DNA from: a bacterium | Lineage (GTDB): Bacteria > SAR324 > XYD2-FULL-50-16 > G965216635 | Reading direction: 5' to 3' | Length of the DNA stretch: 64,000 nt | NCBI GenBank assembly: GCA_965216635.1 | Contig: OZ244188.1 | Coordinates: forward strand, 480,001-544,000 | Part shown: positions 40,986 to 48,790 of the stretch, one piece after another | Position numbering within the stretch: the stretch's first letter is position 1 | Layout: the number at the start of each line of letters is the position of its first letter | Made by a program: the position numbers and the translations under genes | Notes under the pieces: model-generated | What the model saw: only the letters and a program-made list of their open reading frames with translations | What the model was told of the DNA's origin: nothing | Database searches by the model: none

Positions 40986-42044
40986 ATGCTTATCACTCCT
41001 GAAAATAGAAAAAAATTTGTTCGTTTCAAAGAAATCAAAAGAGGTTATTATTCTTTGGTTGTTATTTTAATACTTATCGTTTTTTCTTTGTTTGCAGAAT
41101 TTTTTATAAACAATAAAGCACTGCTAGTCAAATATCAAGACAATTATTATTTTCCTGTATTGGGTAAATTTTATAGTGGTGATACTTTTGGTTTGGATTA
41201 TAGCTATGAGGCAAACTACAAAGAATTAAAAAAAATTTTACAGGAGAAATTTTTTCAAAACCCTCAAGAAAAAAATTGGGTGCTACTACCTTTTATTCCT
41301 TACTCTGCTTACGAAAATGATTTTATCAATATAGCTCCAGCCAAACCTTCTTTTGTAAATAGGCATCTACTTGGCACAGATTTACAAGGCAGAGATGTTT
41401 TAGCAAGAGTGGTTTATGGTTTTCGTATTGCTATTTTTTTCTCACTAGCCTTGTATATTCTTTCTACTATTATAGGAGTTTTTTTGGGTTGTTTGATGGG
41501 CTACTTTGGTGGTATTTTTGATTTAATTTTCCAAAGGATTGTAGAAATTTGGACTTCACTCCCCTTGCTATACATTCTTATCATTATGGCGGCTTTAATT
41601 ACCCCTTCCATTGGGCTTTTGTTGATTATTTTTACTTTTTTCAGTTGGACGGGCATAACTTGGTTGATGCGTGCAGAAATCTATAGGGAAAAAGGGAAAC
41701 AATATTGCGAAGCTGCTCGCTCTATGGGAGCAAGCCATTTAAGAATTATTTTTTCACACTTATTGCCAAATTCTTTAGTTCCTCTGGTATCGGCTTTACC
41801 TTTTCAAATAGTAGCTGGAATTACTACTTTAAGTAGTCTAGATTATCTAGGTTATGGATTGCCTGTACCTACACCTAGTTGGGGTGAGTTACTACAACAG
41901 GGCCAGACTAGTTTTACTTATGCTTGGTGGATTCTTCTTTCTCCTGCTTTTGCAGCGATTGTAGTACTTTCTTTATTTGCTTTTATAGGGGAATCTTTGC
42001 GAGAGAGTTTAAATCCGAGAGAAGATTATTTTATTGAAGCTTAG
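40986..42044 (+). CDS. Peptide ABC transporter permease (YejE/OppC-like)
   Basis: LGTDLQGRDVLAR..YGFR, EAARSMG, PSWGELL.QG. Confidence 0.9.
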   Translation: MLITPENRKKFVRFKEIKRGYYSLVVILILIVFSLFAEFFINNKALLVKYQDNYYFPVLGKFYSGDTFGLDYSYEANYKELKKILQEKFFQNPQEKNWVLLPFIPYSAYENDFINIAPAKPSFVNRHLLGTDLQGRDVLARVVYGFRIAIFFSLALYILSTIIGVFLGCLMGYFGGIFDLIFQRIVEIWTSLPLLYILIIMAALITPSIGLLLIIFTFFSWTGITWLMRAEIYREKGKQYCEAARSMGASHLRIIFSHLLPNSLVPLVSALPFQIVAGITTLSSLDYLGYGLPVPTPSWGELLQQGQTSFTYAWWILLSPAFAAIVVLSLFAFIGESLRESLNPREDYFIEA

Positions 42045-42154
42045 ATAAAACAGACCAAGTTTGCTATTTTTTAAAAAAAGTGTATTATTATTATTCCTAA
42101 ACGGAAAACAAAAAAAACTTTAGACTATCAGGTTTAATTAAATATTGAAAAAAA

Positions 42155-43009
42155 ATGAAATTATTATTTTCCATGTTAAATAAAGATGGGATTGGTTTGT
42201 TTTTAAAGGTTATTTTATTGGTTACTCTATCTAGCTTGATAAGTTGTAGTAATAAGGAAGGAGGTTCTAAACTGTTTGGAATTTTTTCTAGTTCTGGAAA
42301 AAATGTTGCTATTCCTGAAGGATTTTTTATTATGGGTTCAGAAAAAGGGAATACAGACGAGCAACCAGAAAGAAATATTTATACTTCTACTTTCTTAATA
42401 GACCAAACGGAAGTTTCTAAAGGAGAATACGCTGACTGTGTAGACTCCGGAATTTGCAATTTTCCTTTGGAAGGAAAAGGATTGGTTTGGGGAAAGGATG
42501 GAAAGGATGGAGAGGATAATTTGCCTATTAACGGGGTTAGCTGGTTTGATGCTCGTAACTACTGTCAATTTGTAGAGAAAAGACTACCCACAGAAGCGGA
42601 ATGGGAAAAAGCTGCTAGCTGGAAAAATGATGTTAAATATAAATATAGCAACGGAGAATATGATATTGATTGCGCATCGGCTAATTTTAAGAATATAGGT
42701 GATGAACTATGTCAAAAAACAGAGTTGGCGAAAGTAGGCTCTTTCCAGAAAGAAGTTAACGGCACCTATGATATGAACGGCAATCTTTGGGAATGGGTGC
42801 AAGATTGGTATACTTTGTCAGGGTTGGAAAATTTACAATCCCGAGATCCACAAGGACCCGAAAGTGGGCTTTTAAAAGTCAATAAAGGGGGTAGTTATTT
42901 AAGTAGTAAAAATTATATCCGCTCTAGTTTTAGAGGAGCCAATAGTCCTGTTGCTCGCTCTAAAGATATTGGATTTAGGTGTGCTCAAAGTATAAATAAA
43001 AAAAAATAG
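42155..43009 (+). CDS. FGE-sulfatase (SUMF1/EgtB-like) domain lipoprotein
   Basis: Lipobox LISC; F.MGS, RLPTEAEWEKAA, YDMNGNLWEW, GFRC. Confidence 0.9.
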   Translation: MKLLFSMLNKDGIGLFLKVILLVTLSSLISCSNKEGGSKLFGIFSSSGKNVAIPEGFFIMGSEKGNTDEQPERNIYTSTFLIDQTEVSKGEYADCVDSGICNFPLEGKGLVWGKDGKDGEDNLPINGVSWFDARNYCQFVEKRLPTEAEWEKAASWKNDVKYKYSNGEYDIDCASANFKNIGDELCQKTELAKVGSFQKEVNGTYDMNGNLWEWVQDWYTLSGLENLQSRDPQGPESGLLKVNKGGSYLSSKNYIRSSFRGANSPVARSKDIGFRCAQSINKKK

Positions 43010-43043
43010 GTTACCAAACTTCAGAAGTAACAGCAGAATTAAA

Positions 43044-43212
43044 TAGACCTTTGAATTTGTCAAATAGGACAAAACTAGCTGTGACGGCTAGGCTAGGCAA
43101 AAATTTTTTTTAGCTCGCAGGAATATTGAAGAGCATTTCTTCACAAATGGCAAGAGTTAAAAATTTTTTTTAACGTTGCATAGGCTAAACAGAATGCAAA
43201 TTCAAAAGTCTA
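43044..43212 (-). mobile_element. Palindromic element
   Basis: TAGACCTTTGAATTTG...CAAATTCAAAAGTCTA. Confidence 0.9.
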
Positions 43213-43271
43213 TTAAATATTCTTAGCCTAACTTGACTATCATCCAAAACCAATATAAAAATCTTCAAAAG

Positions 43272-44021
43272 ATGCCCCGTTTGCCACGCAGATGTAATTT
43301 TTTTTTTTTTATTTTTGTCTTATCAGGCTGTGTTGGTCTACTTCATAAGAATTTTGCAAAAATAACTCCATCCCAAATAGAAAATAGAATTGATTTACAT
43401 ATTCAAGATAAAGACGGCAATACAGCTTTGCACCTAGCCGCTAGAAATAGCACAAACCCAGCTGTTATTGAGGTTCTACTGAAAGCAGGAGCAGATATCT
43501 ATTCTTATAACAAAAAAGGATGGAATCCCTTACATGAAGCTGCAAGATATAATACAAATCCTACAATCGTTACCACCTTACTAGAAACAAGCGTAGATGT
43601 AGATATACTTACGCGAAATCGTTATACCCCATTGCATTTAGCAGCGAGAGGAAATAAAAATGCTGCTATTATCACTGTTTTGGTAGAAGCAAAAGCAGAG
43701 GTGAATGTTCGTGATAATAATGGTTGGACTCCTTTGCATTTAGCAGCTGATAGTGCTAATCTTGCTGTTATCTTAGCTTTACTGAAAGCAGGGACGAATG
43801 TGCATTCCCGAGATAGATTCGGCTTAACTCCACTGCACTGGGCAGCAGGGTACAATGATGATCCAGCTGTTATTGTTGCATTACTACAGGCAGGATCCGA
43901 TCTGCATAGTCTAGATCAAGCTGGTTTGAAACCATTATATTACGCCCAAAAACACAACAAAAATCCAGCGGTAATTAAAATTCTCATTCAAGCTAAAAGC
44001 AACAAGATCAATCAAATTTAA
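43272..44021 (+). CDS. Ankyrin-repeat protein, probable lipoprotein
   Basis: Six G.T/NPLH.AA-type repeats; lipobox LSGC after the ATG at 43272. Confidence 0.9.
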   Translation: MPRLPRRCNFFFFIFVLSGCVGLLHKNFAKITPSQIENRIDLHIQDKDGNTALHLAARNSTNPAVIEVLLKAGADIYSYNKKGWNPLHEAARYNTNPTIVTTLLETSVDVDILTRNRYTPLHLAARGNKNAAIITVLVEAKAEVNVRDNNGWTPLHLAADSANLAVILALLKAGTNVHSRDRFGLTPLHWAAGYNDDPAVIVALLQAGSDLHSLDQAGLKPLYYAQKHNKNPAVIKILIQAKSNKINQI

Positions 44022-44023
44022 TT

Positions 44024-44088
44024 TGAGACCTTTGCCAGATAATTTTTAAAACAGGTGAAATTGGGTATTCCAACGTTCAAAGGTCTCA
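44024..44088. mobile_element. Miniature element enclosing a 25-bp copy of the scpB/proB junction
   Basis: TGAGACCTTTG...CAAAGGTCTCA; 44035-44059 is identical to 24213-24237. Confidence 0.8.
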
Positions 44089-44091
44089 AAA

Positions 44092-45366
44092 TTAGTTAGC
44101 AGTTTTCTCGGTTCTCTTATTCCATCTTTCTGGTTTCCACCGAGATTCGGCCCATCTCCATTGCGATGGATATTTTCGGATATGCTTTTCTAATGCAGTG
44201 GTGTAGATTTGAGTTAGTTTTTCTTCACTCATTTCCTTAGAATAAGGTGGTTTGGAGAGAAATTCGTAACAAAAGATATGCTTACCATCTCTGGTTCTGT
44301 AGTTAAAGCAGGATACTACAGGTTGATTATATTTTATGGCTAGTCTTGCAGGAGAGACGACAGTCCTTGTTTCTCTACCAAAGAATTCGCAATAAACACT
44401 TTCTGAAAGAACATCTAAATCTATAAGTAAATGAAGGCAATGTTTTTTTTTCAAAGTATTTATAATCTTAAATGGTAGATTTTTGTCTGTAGATGCAATA
44501 GTTTCAAAACCTTTAGCATTGCGAAAATGTTTTGAAAACCATTTTGCTAGCTCGTGATCTTCTTTGCCTAGTAAGATGCCTTTTAATTTTGCTAATTCAA
44601 AAGAATAGGTACCAAATTCCCAATTCGCAAAATGTCCATTAATAATAATCGCTCCAGTCTTTGTAATCGCCTTTGTCACCTGTGGATTTGTATTTTCTAA
44701 CCAATTATCAATGTTTTTTCCATATTCTATTTTTTTTATTGTCTCAAAAAAAGTTTTTCCTAAACTTTCAAAAGATTCAATTGCTGTTTGTTGGATTTTT
44801 TCAACACTCCAGTTTGGAAAAGCCATTTTAATCTGTTGTAAGGCTATGTTTCTCCTTCTTCTGTTAAATCTATAGCTAAAATTTCCAAACCATTTACCTG
44901 CAATAGGATTGGCACCAATGGGAAAGTGTTTTTCTAATTTTTCAATGGCGTAGTAAAAGAAATTATTTCTTTTATTTTTGGCTTCTTTTTTATATACATC
45001 CATTTTTTTACTGCCATCTTTTTTGAGTTTATCAAAATTTTTCTGTAAATTTTTCTTTTTTTTATTGAGATAATCCAAAGTTTCTTTACCAGTTTGATTA
45101 GCAGTTTCTATTTTTTTCTTACCCTCTTTGGTTAAAAATTCTATTTTCTTTTTCCCTGTTTTCTGCAAAGAATCTATTTTTTTCTTTCCAGTTTGCGTGA
45201 AAGATTGAATGGCATCTTTATCCAAAGATTGAATATTGTCCTTCCACATACTAGGTTGCCATTTTCCGCCCATTTTTTTCGCTATTTTCATGAATCTAGT
45301 TGCCCAGCTTTCCATTTTACCAGATAATTTTTCTGTTTCTTTTTTTAATTTGCTGTATTTTACCAT
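44092..45366 (-). CDS. Lipid A late acyltransferase (LpxL/HtrB family) with N-terminal repeat extension
   Basis: GHFANWE, FFGR, PARLA.K, IRKYPSQW.W...RWK. Confidence 0.85.
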   Translation of the reverse strand: MVKYSKLKKETEKLSGKMESWATRFMKIAKKMGGKWQPSMWKDNIQSLDKDAIQSFTQTGKKKIDSLQKTGKKKIEFLTKEGKKKIETANQTGKETLDYLNKKKKNLQKNFDKLKKDGSKKMDVYKKEAKNKRNNFFYYAIEKLEKHFPIGANPIAGKWFGNFSYRFNRRRRNIALQQIKMAFPNWSVEKIQQTAIESFESLGKTFFETIKKIEYGKNIDNWLENTNPQVTKAITKTGAIIINGHFANWEFGTYSFELAKLKGILLGKEDHELAKWFSKHFRNAKGFETIASTDKNLPFKIINTLKKKHCLHLLIDLDVLSESVYCEFFGRETRTVVSPARLAIKYNQPVVSCFNYRTRDGKHIFCYEFLSKPPYSKEMSEEKLTQIYTTALEKHIRKYPSQWRWAESRWKPERWNKRTEKTAN

Positions 45367-45379
45367 AGTGTTTATCTTA

Positions 45380-45627
45380 TAAAACCTTTGAATTTGCCAA
45401 ATAGAATAAAACTAGCTGTGACGGCAACACTTCTAGTTCATACAGGCTATAGTGAAACCTCCACGGGAGGTTTCACTAGTCTAATTGTGCTGTATGCACA
45501 GTTTATTATGTTTTTTACTACGAAGGCAAAAAAAAATTTTGGGTTGCAGGAATACTCAAGTATTTCAAGGGACAAAATTTTTTTTCAACAATGTATAGGC
45601 TAAACATAAAGCAAATTCAAAAGTCTA
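45380..45627 (-). mobile_element. Palindromic element with cassette in the right arm; its first TAG is the gatB stop codon
   Basis: AACCTTTGAATTTGC...GCAAATTCAAAAGTCTA; hairpin at 45452-45476. Confidence 0.85.
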
Positions 45628-47121
45628 TTTTAATAGTTCTTTAAGTTGAGAAGTAACTATCTGAGGGCTAGCTTTACCTTTAGATTGTTGCATAACCCGT
45701 CCTACAAAAAAACCAAAAACTCTATCTTTCCCCGACTTATATTTTTCTACTTCAGTTGGATTAGCAGAAACTACCTGTTGACACCAATCTGCTATCATCT
45801 TTGTATCTAATAGTTGAGTTAAACCCTTTTCTTCTACAATCTGCTTAGGCGATTTATCCGATTGAGCCAAAGAAGGCAATAGAGTTTTTGCTATTTTATT
45901 GCTAATTGTACCATTTTCTATTAATTCTATCAACTGGAAAATTTTTTGAGGATTTATTTTTGTTTCTACTAATTCTTTTTTTTCTTCGTTGATATATTTA
46001 GAAATATCTCCCATAATCCAATTCGCCAAAGTTTTTGGAAAATTTTTTCCATTAGTTTTACTTTCTTCTTTGGTTTTTTCTTTAGGAGTTGTTTTATTTT
46101 GGGCTATTTCTTTTTTTAGAGCTATCCCTTCTTCAAAAAATTTTGAAAATCCACCTAAAGTAATAGCAGCGGCGTCTTTAGGATTTAACTCGTAATCTTT
46201 TTGATACCTTTCCATTTTTTGATCGGGCAACTCTGGTAAATCTTTCTGAATCTGTTCAACCCAATTTTTTTCTAGCTTGATAACTGATAAATCTGGGCAA
46301 GGAAAATAACGATAATCATCTGCTTCTTCTTTTTTCCGCATTGTAAATGTTTTTTTCAAAGCAGGATTATAAAGACGGGTTTCTTGTTGGACAATCTCAC
46401 CGTCTAAAAGTAAATCCGACTGTCTATTAATCTCATAATCTATAGCCTGCTGAATAAAACGGAATGAATTCAGATTTTTTGTTTCTGTGCGAGTTCCGAA
46501 CTCTTTTTCACCTTTTAGCCGTAAAGAAATATTTGCATCACAACGTAGATTGCCTTTTTCCATATTTCCCCAGCAAATATCTAAGGCAGTGACCAAAGAA
46601 TGGATTTTTTGCACATAAATTTTTGCCTCTGCAGAGCTGCGAATATCAGGCTCTGATACGATTTCAACTAAAGGAGTTCCCGCTCTATTTAAATCCACAT
46701 AAGAAGCATTCGCATCGGATCCCTCGTGGGTAAGTTTTCCAGCGTCCTCTTCTAAATGGATGCGAGTAATCCCTGTTTTTTTAATTTTCCCACCAACTTC
46801 TATTTCTAAAAAACCATTTTCACAAATAGGTTTGTCGTATTGGGAGATTTGATAGGCTTTGGGAAGATCGGGATAAAAATAATTTTTACGAGCAAATTCT
46901 GAATCCAAGCGAATTTTACAATTTGTAGCTAAACCCAGCATTGTTACAAATTCTATGGCTCTTTGGTTCACTGTCGGTAGTGCACCGGGCAGCCCCAAAC
47001 AAACGGGACAAGTATTGTGATTGGGAGGAGCAACTACATCTACGGCGCAACGACAAAATAGCTTGCTTTTTGTAGCTAGTTGTGCGTGTATTTCTAGTCC
47101 TATTACTGGTTCAAATTCCAT
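45625..47121 (-). CDS. gatB: Asp/Glu-tRNA amidotransferase subunit B
   Basis: VIGLEIHAQL, RKNYFYPDLPK, HLEEDAGK, DYRYFP. Confidence 0.99.
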   Translation of the reverse strand: MEFEPVIGLEIHAQLATKSKLFCRCAVDVVAPPNHNTCPVCLGLPGALPTVNQRAIEFVTMLGLATNCKIRLDSEFARKNYFYPDLPKAYQISQYDKPICENGFLEIEVGGKIKKTGITRIHLEEDAGKLTHEGSDANASYVDLNRAGTPLVEIVSEPDIRSSAEAKIYVQKIHSLVTALDICWGNMEKGNLRCDANISLRLKGEKEFGTRTETKNLNSFRFIQQAIDYEINRQSDLLLDGEIVQQETRLYNPALKKTFTMRKKEEADDYRYFPCPDLSVIKLEKNWVEQIQKDLPELPDQKMERYQKDYELNPKDAAAITLGGFSKFFEEGIALKKEIAQNKTTPKEKTKEESKTNGKNFPKTLANWIMGDISKYINEEKKELVETKINPQKIFQLIELIENGTISNKIAKTLLPSLAQSDKSPKQIVEEKGLTQLLDTKMIADWCQQVVSANPTEVEKYKSGKDRVFGFFVGRVMQQSKGKASPQIVTSQLKELLK

Positions 47122-47123
47122 AA

Positions 47124-47268
47124 TTAATTTTCTAAATCAGACATTCTAGTTCGGCTATACTGCGTTAAAATTTTTTTTTAACTCTCAAAGTGCTCTCATT
47201 ATTCCTGCGAGCTAAAATTTTTTTTTTTGCCTTGTCTAGCCTTCCTATAATGCCTAATTCAAAGGTCT
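47124..47268 (+). mobile_element. Palindromic element immediately upstream of gatB
   Basis: CATTCTAGTTCGGC...GCCTTGTCTAGCC...AATTCAAAGGTCT. Confidence 0.82.
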
Positions 47269-47359
47269 TGTTATTGTAGCAAATAGCTTTAGTTTAGTTT
47301 GTTTTTTGTAAGAAAGTTTGTTGTTTGATTTTTACCTTTTAGCATATACTTTTCTCCTG

Positions 47360-47686
47360 TTACTGACCATGGTTTGATAATATATTTTTAGATAATTCTA
47401 ATAAACATTCTTTTTCTATCTCTTCAGGTAAATATTTTTTTACCCATTTCCAATTGGTTCGCCTTCCTGATTCCCCTGGTGGTTTTCCTGATAAGGTACA
47501 TTGACTAGAAAATTTTTTGCCTTCTTCCTTGAGCATTGCACAAATATTTTGCACTTTCATTTTCACAGAAGCTAACGACCTATTTTGTAATTTAGTAATT
47601 TCTTGTTCAGTAAAATTGTTCCTTCCATAAAGAGCAATATAGGTGCATAACATAATTTCTTCTTCTGTATAATATTTTTTATTCAC
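47360..47686 (-). CDS. Hypothetical protein
   Basis: 108-aa ORF in an accessory cargo segment; no family recognised with confidence. Confidence 0.65.
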   Translation of the reverse strand: MNKKYYTEEEIMLCTYIALYGRNNFTEQEITKLQNRSLASVKMKVQNICAMLKEEGKKFSSQCTLSGKPPGESGRRTNWKWVKKYLPEEIEKECLLELSKNILSNHGQ

Positions 47687-47711
47687 AATTTACTTCTTTT
47701 GTTATTGTATT

Positions 47712-48410
47712 TTATTGATCTTTAATATTTAACACTCTTTCATCTTCTTCTGTTAGCTTAATTTTTATGTTATTTAATGTATTCCCTCCGATATAAGCAT
47801 TTGCTGCTGCAACTAAAACGGGAAAAACCCTTCGAATATCACCCGATGAGCCAGATGACATAATTGTAGTTTTCCAAACCTGTAGAATCTTTTTATTTTT
47901 TAAATATATTTTTGAATTAATAGCTTCTAAAATTATATAACGTGTATAAGTGGTGTGTGTTCTAGTATATGGTTTATACCCAGTAACGCCATATGATGAA
48001 TTATAAATAGTGCTGCCAGAATAAGTAGAAGTACCTCCAAAACTATTTATACTACCAGAAGTAGTTGAACTAGAGATTCCTTTTTGTCCCCATATTGGCT
48101 TATAACCTGCAGATTGATTAGTTTTAGGTTCACTAATTCCGTATTGTAAAAATATAATTATATCAGAATGTGCCATGCTAGAAGACTGAATGTATCCTCT
48201 CGAAATTAAAGCCTTATGAATAAATGCAGAATATTCTTGATACTGCAAATCATTTGTATTTAAATTTTTCATGCTTGATGTTAACCAATACTTTGTTCCA
48301 ATATTTACTTCGCCTTTGGCATCACTAATTGAATTAACATATACAACAAACTGTGGTAAACTTGTACAGTTTACCAATATCACAGATATAATGATAATTA
48401 AGACCTTCAT
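47712..48410 (-). CDS. Lipoprotein (DUF4136-like)
   Basis: Lipobox ILVNC, Ser/Thr/Gly-rich middle, VW...SSGSSGD.R.VFP. Confidence 0.7.
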   Translation of the reverse strand: MKVLIIIISVILVNCTSLPQFVVYVNSISDAKGEVNIGTKYWLTSSMKNLNTNDLQYQEYSAFIHKALISRGYIQSSSMAHSDIIIFLQYGISEPKTNQSAGYKPIWGQKGISSSTTSGSINSFGGTSTYSGSTIYNSSYGVTGYKPYTRTHTTYTRYIILEAINSKIYLKNKKILQVWKTTIMSSGSSGDIRRVFPVLVAAANAYIGGNTLNNIKIKLTEEDERVLNIKDQ

Positions 48411-48482
48411 ATTTTTCTTATTTTAAAGCTAATACTTGATTTTAAGCCAAAACAAACCTTACTCCAACAACAATTTTTTTTC

Positions 48483-48617
48483 TTAATGCACAGCGTCGCC
48501 TAGTGCGATAAGAGTACCTTCTATGGCTCTAATATAGGAAACTGTCTGTCCCCAAGGTTTTTTTTGTGGAGGGCTAACAGCAACAGCTCCTTCGTCTTAC
48601 TGGTTCAAATTCCATAA
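48483..48617 (-). pseudogene. Chimeric remnant: 21 bp spanning the gatB start fused to the last 114 bp of the VOC gene
   Basis: 48483-48596 matches 50641-50754 with 4 mismatches; 48597-48617 is identical to 47103-47123. Confidence 0.9.
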
Positions 48618-48619
48618 CT

Positions 48620-48790
48620 TGAGACGAATTAGCGTTCTGTTTAGCCAAAACAAGCTTATTGCTTGACGCTTTTTATGGGCTATTTGTGAAACAGCCAAAG
48701 GGCTATTTCACATTTCATTCTTGCTGAACGTTCAGTTTTGTAGTGTTTAGCACTACGCTGTTTAAAAAAAATTTAACTCTCAAAATACTC
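48620..48790 (+). mobile_element. Half palindromic element with cassette; its central stem encodes the end of the DUF262 gene
   Basis: GAATTAGCGTTCTGTTTAGCC..., hairpin at 48686-48711, then TTTAACTCTCAAAATACT. Confidence 0.8.
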
